NCBI GenBank assembly: GCA_043228905.1
Contig: JBHGNT010000013.1
Location: 9,796,001 to 9,860,000, forward strand
Source of the DNA: Azolla caroliniana
Lineage: Eukaryota; Plantae; Polypodiophyta
DNA: 64,000 nt
Reading direction: 5' to 3'
This document shows positions 26,501 through 38,512 of the stretch, piece by piece. Below the pieces are notes generated by a model. That model was not told the origin of the DNA. It made no database searches and saw only the letters and a program-made list of their open reading frames with translations. Position numbers and translations under genes: made by a program. The first letter of the stretch is position 1. Every line of letters begins with the position of its first letter.

Positions 26501-28960
26501 CCGGTCCAGAAACCCCGACGGTTCCGCCTCACGATCCACACTTATAGGCAGATTTTCATGACATCGAACACCCTCAAGTGTCCCAAATTCGGCTTTCCCC
26601 CGAATTAGAGTTCATGTGGTGACACTCCTCCATTTGCAGATATCTGATTCTGCAGGTAAACAACCGTCATGACCGCGTCGGCCCTATAAAACTTCGGCAT
26701 ATGATTCTCCTCAAACCCGCTTCCTCTATCGTCTGATTCTTCCTCTCGACCACTCCGTTTTCCTCCGGTCTGTATCTACAAGAGAATTCGCGGCGGATTC
26801 CCTCCTTCTATAGATAGCTCGAGAATTGGTCGGAAAAGTACTCTTTTCCACCATGAGTCCTAAGGCACTTGATCTTCCTTCCGATCTCCCGTTTAGCAAG
26901 GCTCTTCACCTTGAGAAAATAGGAGAAGAAATCGTCTTTCTTCTTGATCAAGCATATGCCCAGGAGTACTGAGTGTAGTCATTGATGAAGGTTACGAAGT
27001 AACAACTCCCACTGATACTTACGTTCATTGTTGGACCCCACACATATGAATGGATTAAATCAAGCTTGTTATGGCTCGGATTACGCTTGTTGGGGAATGG
27101 AAGTTGGTGTTGCTTCTTGAGTTGATAGGCTTTGCAGACTTGGCCATTCTAACCACTAAATTTCGGCAGACCGAAAATAATGTTCTTTGTTTGCATTTAT
27201 CGAAGCTGCATGAAGTTCATGTGGCCGAACCACTTGTGCCACAAGTCGATATCTGATTTGAGCTTTTTCCCCCTGGAGAACATAGCGGTGCCGATGTCTT
27301 TCATTTCAAGGATAAACATCCTCCCTTCTCGGTGCCCTTGCCCGATGATCTTTCCTTCTTCTTCGATGAAGCACCCATAAGTTAACTAAACTTGCATTCC
27401 TTGGTCGACTATCTCTCCGACCGACACCAAGTTTTTGGTAATTGTCAAGACGTGGAGGACGTTCCTCATGATCCCTTTCTAGCCGACACGGCTCAGTGGG
27501 ACATCTCTGATATGTTCAATAGGGTGACGAGTATCATCGCTTGTTTCGACGATCCCCGGCTACTCCGACTTCTCGAGATAGGAGAACCATTCTTCATGGT
27601 TCGTCATGTGGTTCGATGCACCAAAGTCCACATACCACGCATCCTTTGATTTCGAGGTGCTCGCCACCATCGAGTTGGATTTATGCTTCATTATGAAGGA
27701 TTGGCCCGTTCCAACATGCCCTAAACCTTCGACGTAGCGTGATCTTTGACGCCTATCTGCACACGCCGGTTCAGTCCGAATCGGCGCACTTCTTCCAACA
27801 CTTGCTCTCTCTATTGCCCTTCTGGCCATAGGACCAACAGTCTGTCGCGGACTTTCCTTGCCGACTTCCGACACCGTCTTGACTCCCCCTACTTGTGGAG
27901 GGTCCAGAATTGTTGTCAGCATTTCCTCTATGCCTTTGGTTCTGCTCTTGTCAGCCATCACCATTGCATACCAACCCACCATGTCCACCACAACCACAGG
28001 GCCGATCTGCCTCCGTCTACAACATCTTGTTGTCGGTGTGCGTACTCATTGATGCACCCACGTGGTTCTCTTGAATGAGAAGCATCGACTGCAACTCGAA
28101 GAAGGATGGCATATCCTCTCTTGTGTAGACTATCGTTCAGAATGATTCGAATCTAGACGCCAGCCCTTTGAGGCAAACCTGCACTATTTCTTCCTCCTCG
28201 ACGATCATGTTGATGGAGGCAAGGGAATCACAGATCTCCACTGTGTCATCGGCCACAGAAAAATCTTTCTGTGGGACATTGCTGAGCTGCAGCTTCCTGG
28301 TCGTTGTGTTGGTGGTGAAATCCCTTTTGAGATTTGCCCACACATCTTTTGGTGTCTTGGCACCCCGGATGTGGCTCAATAGCTACTCTCTCACACTAGA
28401 TGCAAAGAAGTAAAGAACTCCGCTAGCTGCCTATTCCCAGGCCGGAAAATCTCTATGTGTCGAATCTGGTGCTGCATCATTAGCTACTTCGGCATAACTC
28501 CAGTACCCATGTCTGAGTAGGTACTGGTTCAACTTATATGACCATGATGCGTAGTTGCTTCTATCAATTGTCTCTTTCAAAAGGAAGTTTCCCATGCCTC
28601 TGTCCATGTTCCTGTTGTTTCGAAAGAAAGGAATGTCTTTGTGTCGTCTTTCGTTTTTCGGTTGGTTTGCAAAGGATTCTCAACCCTCACTCTCTAATAC
28701 CATGTAAAAGAATATGTGCAGAACCTTGCGAGTTAACAACACAGTCGGCTATGCTGAGTGACATACAATAGTTAGGTAAACACAGAGAATGGAGTTATAC
28801 AGTGAGAGAGAGAGAGAGAGAGATCACTTTAAATACAAGCCTTGACAATGGGATAACAAGTACTCACGAGGACTTGAGTGATCATTAAATGAGCCTAACA
28901 CTAAAAACCTATAATATTCCTATTTACTTCAATAGGAATATAGGCCCCTAATGGCTTGTC
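23600..28960 (-). mobile_element. Decayed Ty1/copia element (5' LTR ~28703-28960, PBS-Met, gag-PR-IN-RT-RNaseH pseudogene; 3' LTR not seen). Same family as the copies at 20063 and 55953
   Basis: Minus-strand TGGTATTAGAG next to the LTR; WYVDFGASNHMT; [10 protein letters not shown]; LKKSLYGLKQASRAW; LYVDDL; YTDADWAGNANDRRSTSG; IYCDN..NPIFHAQTEHMEVRYHF. Many stops and frameshifts. Confidence 0.88.
25665..26563 (+). mobile_element. Solo LTR-like insertion (899 bp) of the 4-bp-TSD Ty3 lineage, inside copia integrase
   Basis: Termini TGTCGTG..CATGACA; TSD ccaa/tcga; TATA cctataaata near 26071; terminal motifs shared with 32198-32901 and 58630-60415. Removing it plus 4 bp restores LRVFGNISYVHVP. 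Confidence 0.8.
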
Positions 28961-29331
28961 AGATTCCATCAGACTCGGCCTAGCTAATTGGTCTTCATTC
29001 GATCCGGCGCTTGGCTTCTTTAGCCGATCCGGTGTTGCGAAGTTTCGTGCACGTGTGTTACTTGGGCGGGACCACATGGGTCTTGGACTAGGGAGTACTC
29101 AAGGGATAGAGAAGACCCGAGGTTTGCTTTACGACAATACTACTTCCCGACCCCTTCCTGAGCAAGGTCTCGTTGCCCTTTGTTTTGTGAGGCCGGTGGC
29201 TCTCGTTCATCACGACTCGTCGACCTTCCGAGATCACCGCACGAGCCAAGTGACCAAACGGGTACAAGCAAGATGAGCACGCAACATGAACACACAAGGG
29301 GACGATAACACAAACACGAATGTCCGTACGT

Positions 29332-30253
29332 CTTTATGAGGAGGAGAGGTGCATGGGCACACGCCCGAACGCTCCCTCGTCACAAGACGTCGAACGTACG
29401 AGGAAGACACAAAACACATGCACAAATGCTCATACGCCTTTATGAGGAGGAGAGGTGCATGGGCAAGCCTGAACTCTCCCTCGTCACGAGATGGCCGAAC
29501 GTACAAGGAAGACACAAACACACGCACAAAATGATCGTACACCTTTATGAGGAGGAGAGGTGCATGGGCAAGCCCGAAACGGTTCCTCGTCACGAGACGA
29601 CCGAACGTACAAGGAAGACACAAACACACGCACAAAATGCTCATACGTCTTTATGAGGAGGAGAGGTGCATGGGCACGCCCGAAACGCTCCCTCGTCACA
29701 AGATGGCCAAACATACAAGGAAGACACAAACACACACACAAATGCTCGTACGCCTTTATGAGGAGGAGAGGTGCATGGGCAAGCCTGAACGGTCCCCTTG
29801 TCACAAGACGGCCGAACATACAAGGAAGACACAAACACACACACAAATGCTCGTACGCCTTTATGAGGAGGAGAGGTGCATGGGCAAGCCCGAACGGTCC
29901 CCTCGTCACAAGAAGGCCGAACGTACAAGAAAGACACAAACACACGCACAAAATGCTCGTACGCCTTTATGAGGAGGAGGGGTGCATGGGCAAGCCCGAA
30001 CGGTCCCCTTGTCACAAGACGGCCGAACGTACAAGGAAGACACAAACACACACACAAATGCTTGTACGCCTTTATGAGGAGGAGAGGTGCATGGGCAAGC
30101 CCGAACGGTCCCCTCGTCACAAGACGGCCGAACGTACAAGAAAGACACAAACACACGCACAAAATGCTCGTACGCCTTTATGAGGAGGAGAGGTGCATGG
30201 GCAAGCCCGAACGGTCCCCTCGTCACAAGACGGCCAAACGTACAAGGAAGACA
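29332..30253. repeat. ~105-bp tandem array (9 units) within the gypsy 3' LTR
   Basis: Unit TTTATGAGGAGGAGAGGTGCATGGGCAAGCCCGAACGGTCCCCTCGTCACAAGACGGCCGAACGTACAAGGAAGACACAAACACACGCACAAAATGCTCGTACGCC. Confidence 0.95.
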
Positions 30254-32197
30254 CGAATAAAGAAAGAAGGAGAGAAAGAAACACGTATGATATCGATCAA
30301 AGAGATAAATACGTGTTCGATTCCAACGCAAGAGGACCGTTTATAAAATAGGGTTTTGTTTACAATGACAACTTATAGTTAACCACAAGCTCAATCAAAA
30401 CATAAGTATTAAATGCCCTTAGAGACAAAAGAAAATCTGAACACAGTGAAGATGAACACACGAGCACTACCAAAATGCCAATCCCAACGAACCACGACTA
30501 CTCGAATGACGAGCACATGGGCTCGCAACGACGAACGGGGCGGAGCAACGTCGTACCAACGAAGCTTGGGCTCACGAGCACTTCGAGTGCCGACGCGAAG
30601 AAGATGAGCACGTGGCGATGAGGGGATGAAGGGGTATGAGATGAAGAGAAGTGGTGAATAAGGAGATGAAGAGCTTCGAAGGAAAATTGACGATAGTCTC
30701 CTCCTCCCAAAACGTTCTCCCGAATGAGCCCCCCTCGACCTCCTTTTATAGGAGAAAAAAGAAGGGGGGGTCGCCAAATTTGTCTTCAATGAAAAAGGAA
30801 TAAAATTCTTTAAATCACGTTGCACTGTAAGTCCAAATTCAAACCGTGCACCTCTAGCTAGTAGTCAATGTGACTGTCCACTAGCCCACTAACTCTCTCT
30901 TATATAATATATAATTCTATCTCTATAAATTCATAGCCTGTCTCCCCTCTACCTTTTATCTCTCCTCTCTCTTACTTTTTGCACGAGCTTCTATACCTCC
31001 TTTTCCCCCTTTCTTTTCCTTTTTATTTTGCATATGCACAATAAATCGCTTTTGTGTGCACAGACATTGCACATGCACATTTTTGACCCCCCCCTTTCGC
31101 CGGTTTTTCCCACTCTCGAGCACGTCACATCACGACATCCACCCCCACCAAACCGCACGTCCTCCGGTATGTGCCAAGAATGGCGGGCTGAGGGTGGTCA
31201 ATAGTTCATTTCCTCCTCCTCATTGACCCGGCTTGTTGTTTGCTCGCCTTTATCTTCGTCAAGGTCATCGAGGTTTGGCTCCCTATCGTGTCGTTTTTGA
31301 AAATTTCTTCCCTGATTGGTACTGCCAGCTTAGACCCATCGAGTTCAACGAGGTGGTAGGTAGCATTATCGTTTGCACTCGTTACCACGTACGGCCCGAA
31401 CCATCGCTTTGTGAATTTCCGCATCGACCTATGTTGATTGTCGAGACTACTATCATATACAATCACCCAGTCTCCTTCTTCGATCTTCCGAGGGCGCAGT
31501 CGGTGTGTCTTGTCGAAAGAATCGGGCTTTGTTACTTAGCCTAGCCGCGTCTAACCTCTCCTTTGCCAACTCCAAGTCTTCGGGTCTTCTCTCAAGTCGC
31601 CTTATCCTTGTGGCTAGAAGCTCTTCTCGACTCATCTCGTTTTCCCATGGCATCGCTACCCATGAAGTGATTGTGTCTTCAATGGGCATCACTAGCTTTT
31701 GTCCATACATGAGTTCAGCTGGCATGAAACCTGTAACTGAGCTATGAGTTGTTCTATCGGCCCACAAGGCATAAGGTAGTAACCGAGACCAATTCCAGAC
31801 TCGCCCATCACAAGATCGTACAATGGCTTTTACGATAGGCCCGTGTCCGTGTTCTATCTTTCCATTAGCCTCCGGGTTATAAGCGGTCGTGAGAGAGAGC
31901 TTCACTCCAAGTCGGTCAAAGAGCTTTGTAGCTTCGTGAGCGTTCAGCTCTCCTCTGTCGGCCACTATCTTTCCCACACATCCGTACCGACATATGACAT
32001 CCTCAAGTAAGAATTTACACACTCCCGCCGTCGTTTTGTTTGCTAAGGCTCGCCCTTCTACTTGGTTTGTTAGGTCTTCTCTTGCTAGCACCAAATATTT
32101 CACTTGGCCCACTCCCATCGGCATCGAAACCAAATCCACCATCCATTTGAAGTGTATGGTGAGTGGGTAGGTCGGGTGCAACTCGTCCCTATGGCGT

Positions 32198-32901
32198 TGT
32201 CGTGCCTTTCGGCTCCGGATCGCTGCGTGAGTCGGGTGGGAACCGCCGAGGTTTTGGACTAGGAGGAAGAGGAATACAACTTAAAGCTAGTTATGAGTAG
32301 TAGAAAGAGAAGTAAGATTGCAATCTCGTGAATCCCACGAGTTTAGTGTATTTAAAACAATATTTAGATTATAAGAGTAATTTAGATGGCAAAATTCGTG
32401 AATCCCACGAATATATTAGATTGATTAATCCTTGTATATTAATCAACAACCTTATACATATTTCTCTCCTCCTTATATAAAGATGGAAGAGGCTAAGCAT
32501 GGCTTCATGCTTTCTCACCAAAAGTGTCCATGCACACTAAATGTGCATGTGATGCTTTGTCATTTCCTAAGTATAGGGCTCATGCACGCTAGATGTGCAT
32601 GAGTCACTTTTAATGTCACGTGTAAATAAAATATTCACACCCTAAAGGATACATGATTTTTACCTTTTAATAAAGGTATGTGTAAATAAAGGTCTTATAC
32701 GTATTAAATCTATATGTATAACACTAAAGATAAGTTATTACAATGGTAAAGTTGAGGTTTATCTACGTGGAGGTGCAGGGTTTGAATCTTGCCCTATGCA
32801 CGTGATAAATATTTTGATATATTATTTATTTATTTATATGTATCTAAAATCGGATATATTATTTTATAGTTTTCACGTAGTGTGTGGAATACACTACGAC
32901 A
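32198..32901 (-). mobile_element. Solo LTR-like insertion (704 bp) of the 4-bp-TSD Ty3 lineage, inside the gypsy integrase
   Basis: TGTCGTG..TACGACA; TSD gcgt/atgt. Removing it plus 4 bp restores CQIHSNIRHRDELHP. Confidence 0.8.
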
Positions 32902-35357
32902 ATGTATGTTGGAGTGTATCTGGCAGCTTTCACACGTCCCCACGAAATGGGCGACATCCTTGTACATTCCCGGCCACCAATACTTCTCCTTTAACTTCTC
33001 AAATGTTGCCCACGTTCCTCTAAGGCCCGCCCAAGGACTCTCGTGGAACTCAAACACCAATGTTGTCTGGTCTTCTTCCTTTATGACCACTCGTTGTGGC
33101 GTCCCCGTCCTTCTCTTTGGGTGCCTCCAGAGGAATCCCCCTCGTAGGAAGTACTTGTACGCTTTCTTTCGGACTCTCTGTGCTCCCTGCTTCGACCATG
33201 AACTATCCACTGTCATTGAGCTTAAGAACTTGCCAATGTGTAGCCACTCCCCTTCATATTCACTTTCATTGAAGGCATGGAGTACTCGCACATCTTGATC
33301 ATCTATAGACGCTTGGGTTGTCTTAAAGAAGTCAAGAGCGACATCCTCATCTTCAGACACCATGTCGCGTTTGCCCTCGAATCTTGCCCTCGATAGCATA
33401 TCTGCCATGACATTGTTCTTCCCTAAAATGTGGTGAATCTCTGGGTTCATTGATTTGATGTAAGCAATCCACCTTAGCATAGCTAGGTTGGGTGTTGCAC
33501 ATCCCGAAACCATCCTTAGGATTGGAAGGCAATCCGTCTCTATTACCACCTCTGACCCGATTAGGTAATCTTTATCCGCCTTTACTGCAGACACAATACC
33601 CCAAAGCTCACGTTTTACTTGGGCGTATCCTCGTTGTCGCTCGCTTAAGACCTTGGCTCCGAACCGGATGGCGTAGCGTGTACCATCCTCTCCTTCTTGG
33701 TTTATGACCCATCCGATCCCTGTTGGACTCGTATCTACCGTCACGTAGATGGGCACCCCTTCCGTGTATACGGCTTTTCATAAAGCTGGTGCTGCTACCA
33801 ACATTCCTTTGAGCCTCTTCATTGCCTCTGTGTGCTCTTCCTCCCAATTGAACTTCTGACCCTTCTTGAGTAGCCCATACAAGGGCTCGGCTAGGTGAGC
33901 ATAGTGCGGGATCCAGATTGGTAGAATGCACAAGCACCAAGAAATCGCCTCACCTTTGTTTGCGATTTACATTCTTCCCTCATGTCTGTGATGGCGTCCA
34001 CCTTTGCCGGGGACGACTTCTGTCCGTACGCCCCGCACAAGTGTCCCACCACAAGGATCTCCGGTTGGCCGAATGCCAATTTCTCACCCAAGAAGGTCAA
34101 GCGTGCATCTTCGAGTCTTTGTAGAACCTTCTCGCAATCGGAGATGTGATATGCCACAAAACGTCTGCACCCATCCTTGTCCAAGGTTTCATCTTACTCC
34201 GCTTCAGAGCACCCTTTTATGGGGATGTCATCGAGGAACGACATGGTGATGTCGGGGATGCAATCTCTCAATACCTTGTTCATTGCATTTACCATGTGGG
34301 CTACAGAGTTAGTGCCTCCTTGTGGCAAGGTACACATTCGCACTAGGCCGATAGGGGTCCGCATCGTTGTGATGTCCCTACTCTCCACAACTAGTTGGAA
34401 TTGATCATACCATGAGTATAGATCACCGATCAAATAAATAGACCTTCCAGTGAAGGCCTCGGCGAATTCGTCAACACTCGGTCTGACCCCAACATTTCGA
34501 ATTGTCACTTGATTAATAGGTTGTAGGTCCTGGATGAAGCGTAATGTGTCGTTCTTCTTTGGCACAGTGAACCACCGATTCGAGTATGGGGCGGTTGATG
34601 GCTCGAGGATACCCATTTCAATCTTTTCCTTGAGTAGCTCAATCAACTTCGGGATGTGAGCTCTCGGAACGGGGATTGGCTTGATGTTCCACGGTACATG
34701 CGGCACCATAAAGATCACCATTGGCTCCAGATCTTAGGGTTTACACACCCTATCTCACCCGACGAGAAGGCGAAATCCCTTCCGTGGCTTTCGATCATCC
34801 TTCTAGATCTTTCCTCCTCCCTAGGCAATAGGAAGCCACCCCCACCAATCTGGAGCTTCTGTCGCGTCTCGTCGGTGAACCGGTGCCCTATGCCTCATGG
34901 GTCCCGCAAGCTAGGATCCGCCGCTACCCCCTTTATCCGATCCCAACTATCATTAGGCAATGGGGCAGCCACATGCTTCACCTTCTTGTCCACGGTCTTG
35001 TACTTTGTTTGCACCTTGACTGTCCTCGCTTCCTCAATCAACCGCCCAAGCTCTTCGATGGCGGTGTATATGTCAACTGAGTTGACTGGAATTACCTTGT
35101 CTTCATTGAGGCCCGAAATGACTACCCTCTCCATCTCTCTGAGAGTGTCGTCGAACGAGACCGCCTCCATGGCGTTGTTTATGGTGTTATCTTCCCCCAA
35201 TAAGTTACATTGTTTGAGATACCTTTCGTATCTCTTGGCCCTAGACTTATCTCTATCACTTAAACTAGTAATTTTACAAGCTCCATTTTCGGAGAACCAA
35301 AATTGTTTCCTATTACATTTAATAGTTTTACAAGCGTTTAGGGTCTTCGTTTGCCTT

Positions 35358-35401
35358 GGGCTATTGCGGCCCCACTCTTTAATAGCCCGAATAAAAAATC
35401 C
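35358..35401 (-). promoter_or_regulatory. Putative -1 ribosomal frameshift signal between protease and RT
   Basis: Minus strand: G_GAT_TTT (overlapping T_TTT_TTA), 6-nt spacer, then stem GGGCTATT/AATAGCCC. The -1 frame is stop-free from 35401 into the ORF starting at 35200. Confidence 0.65.
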
Positions 35402-37545
35402 TCTCGGCTATCCCCTTTGAGGGAGGCTCGATTGCGCTCATGGTTGGGCCTCACCGTAAGGAATTGGACCAAATGCTTCCCATCTTGGCTCTTGACCCTC
35501 GCATATGCCGACCCGTTGTCTAGCACCTTCGTCTCCATGCGAACCGCCGTGATGTATGGTTCACCCAAGATGACCGGGTGCGAGGACGTCTCTTGAACAA
35601 AGAAATGTTGATCTATTTCTACGTCCTCCACCTTCACAAGTACATTCGGGCAAGCCCCGTATAGCTCCTCGGTTGCTCGGGTTGCCGCTCTAATCTTCCA
35701 CCCGTGCTTCGTGTTGATCGGCCACTTTCCCTTTCTATAAAAGTCCATGGACATAAGGTTGATCTCAAAGCCATGGTCGATCAATGCTACAACCGGCTCT
35801 TTTACATCTCCGACCCGTACCGGTGTCTCCGTTGTCGCTCTCGCCCAATGCGGCCTCGTGTAGTGACTGTCCGCATAATCTTCGTCTTCCTCGGGAACCT
35901 CAGTTGACAATGCATTTACAATCGCGGGCTTTGCCACTTCTTGCTCTGTCTAGAGCTGCTTTCTCTTCATTAGGTCGATGATGACCTCGTGGAATTCTTT
36001 CTTGGCAATTTCGAGGACCTCTCGTAGATTAAACTCTACGCGACTATCGAGGATCCTATCCTCCACTACCGTCTTCAAGTCTGTTGCTTGTTCGATCTCC
36101 GAGCAAAGCTTGAAGTTAGGGGGGTTCCCCTTCTCTTTCCATATTTCGTCGCGTGCTTGAGACAGGTTTGGCTCTTCCCTTCTTCGTGCACCTCGAGCGT
36201 CTTATTTCCTTGATGGACCGGCTCCCTCGTCATTTCCTACCTTCTTCTCTTCTACCATTACTTCGTAGTTTTGGCAAACGGCTTCCACTAAGCCTGTCTT
36301 TTCTTCCACCAGATCCTTCCACCCGGTTGCTTCTTGGACCCTTCTTTCCGCTTCGTCCGCTTCTTCTCTTTTGAACTTCCCCTTAGAGAGGCTTCCAAGG
36401 ATTGCCGGCCAAAAGTCAAACTCTTTCTCCTCTTGCCTCCTCACCTCTTTCCCCACTCGGATCCCAGCTGACGCCGAGTAGTGGACGGCTTCAACATGTC
36501 GTGCTTAGGCCTCCTCCATTAGCCTTCTCATGCCCCCTCGGCCTTGATTGAATCCCAAGGGGCGCCTTGTCTCCGTCGAATAGACCCTATTGTTCCAAAG
36601 ATAGACAATATCCTTTCTTAGGGCCTCTTGAAAGTCTCCACACTCCCTTCGTAGGTGGTCGGGGTTGTCGCACCACATACATCTTTGTGCGAACGGGGGA
36701 CGTCGATCTTGAGGGCCGCCACTCTCTATCCTAGCTTGCGCTATTTGGAGATCTCGCACCATCTTGTGAGCTCGTCACCACGTTTCTCTCGGGGACGAAC
36801 CTTGCATTTGCTTGCTCTCTTTCTTGAGGTATTCTACCACCCCTGGGTTCGTGTGTCTCATTAATGGAGCCTGTGGATGTTTAGCCGTAGCCGCTTAACG
36901 GAGACCCATCATTCCATTCCCTTCTCTTATCGAAGCGGCTACAAACCCGTTTTACCATAGCCCAATCCGTCGTAAGCCCATCATCAGTTTCGAGGAGGGA
37001 CCCCACCTTCTCTCGATCTCGTGCATCAACAATCTTTATGAATAGTAGGACCTTGCTTGTGTCAAGCACCATCCTATCGAGCGTTGAGAGTCGCACGAAG
37101 CACTTCTCAAATTCTTGTAAAAGTACCATAGTATTTCTCCCCTTGCCGGGAAGGTCAACCCACTCCATTAGATCTCTTTTCGAAATTCTGAGTGAGTCAT
37201 CAAGGCCGTACTTCTCGAGGAGTCTTTCTTCGAACTCTACCCAATTGCAACAGTCCTCTTGGATCTCGAGTACCTCCGCGTGGATACTCGGCGTTACCAC
37301 TCTAGCGAATCCGGTTAGCCGCCTATCTTCGGGGACGTTTCACATACGCATTTCGGCCTTATAGGCATCCAAGTAGCTCGTGATATCTCTTCCATTGAAC
37401 CGACCCGTTGTGCTAACCACCGTCCGTCTCTATGGCCCAGTCTAGGCCGGTGATGCCTTCTTGGGCATTTACCAAGCTGTCCACCGCCGCTGCCATCGCT
37501 TCAGCGAGTTCTCCTCCTCGTATCTTGGTTCTCCCTTGCCGCCCT

Positions 37546-37563
37546 TTCACGTCGGGTTCACCA
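37546..37563 (-). promoter_or_regulatory. Primer-binding site complementary to the tRNA-Trp 3' end
   Basis: Plus strand TTCACGTCGGGTTCACCA matches my recollection of the plant cytosolic tRNA-Trp 3' end plus CCA. It lies 5 nt from the LTR. Confidence 0.8.
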
Positions 37564-38512
37564 ATTTATGTCGCGAAGTTTCGTGCACGTGTGTTACTTG
37601 GGCAGGATCACGGGGGTCTTGGACTAGGGAGTACTCAAGGGATAGAGAAGACCCGAGGTTTGCTTTACGACAATACTACTTCCCGAACCCTTCCCAAGCA
37701 AGGTCTCGTTGCCCTTTGTTTTGTGAGGCCGGTGGCTCTCGTTCATAACGACTCGTCGATCTTCCGAGCCAAGTGACCAAATGGGTACAAGCAAGATGAG
37801 CACGCAACATGAACGCACAAGGGGACGATAACACAAACACGAATGTCCGTACGTCTTTATGAGGAGGAGAGGTGCATGGGCACGCTCGAACGCTCCCTCG
37901 TCACAAGACGTCAAACGTACGAGGAAGACACAAAACACATGCACAAATGCTCGTACGCCATTATGAGGAGGAGAGGTGCATGGGCAAGCCCGAACGCTCC
38001 CTCGTCACAAGACGGCCGAACATACAAGGAAGACACAAACACACACACAAAATGATTGTACACCTTTATGAGGAGGAGAGGTGCTGTCAGGAACAGTACT
38101 AAGACAGAGAAGGAATTAGTACTAAAAGAAGTATTAGTACTAAGAGAGGTGAAGAACTCTCGAGAGAAGGAAAGAGTGAGTGAGAGGGAGGGAGAGAGAG
38201 ATCAAGAGAGAGAGAGAGAGAGAGTGATGATAAGAAAAGATATATATTATGTGAAGAAAATGTACAGTAGCTAGGAGGCTTAAGACTGGCGTTGAACCGA
38301 TTTGGTTCGAAATAATGCCTTGTGCCTCCTTTTATAGTGTTCTAAGGAATACTCCTGAAGTTTCTAGAATGTTCCAGAGAAATCGGGAATATACATCAAT
38401 TTTCTATAATAAAACATAAATGAAAATAATATTCTATGTATTACAATGTATAGTCTAATGGTCAAGAGCTCGACCCATGTAGTATAAGGTCATGGGTTCG
38501 AGTCTTGCCATA

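Larger units (their letters stand above)
31206..37496 (-). pseudogene. Gypsy gag-PR / RT-RNaseH-integrase pseudogene (no chromodomain)
   Basis: gag ATG ~37496 and CMWCDNPDHLRREC knuckle; protease ALIDHGFEINLM; RT PYSNRWFTVPKK..DLYSWYDQF..LPQGGTNSV..FLDDIPIKG; RNase H VDTSPTGIG..KRELWG..IETDC..ADMLSR; IN CESCQ, WMVDL, IVADRGEL, NGKIE, WFGPY. Several frameshifts and stops. Confidence 0.88.

Noticed and set aside
29332-30253. Hammerhead ribozyme in the 105-bp unit (CGTCTT-TATGAG..GGGCAAGCCC-GAA(A)CG..CGTC-ACAAGACG resembles a type I layout)
   Set aside because: The CUGANGA core is absent (TTTATGA), most units have GAAC rather than GAAAC, and stem I would not abut the cleavage site. At most a coincidental or degenerate resemblance; an Infernal search or cleavage assay would settle it.
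29234-30346. CRISPR-like array or repeat-protein ORFs over the tandem arrays (also 51500-52750, 59000-60090, 63385-63822)
   Set aside because: Units are contiguous with no unique spacers and no cas genes. ORFs occur in nearly all frames on both strands, as expected from stop-poor repeats.
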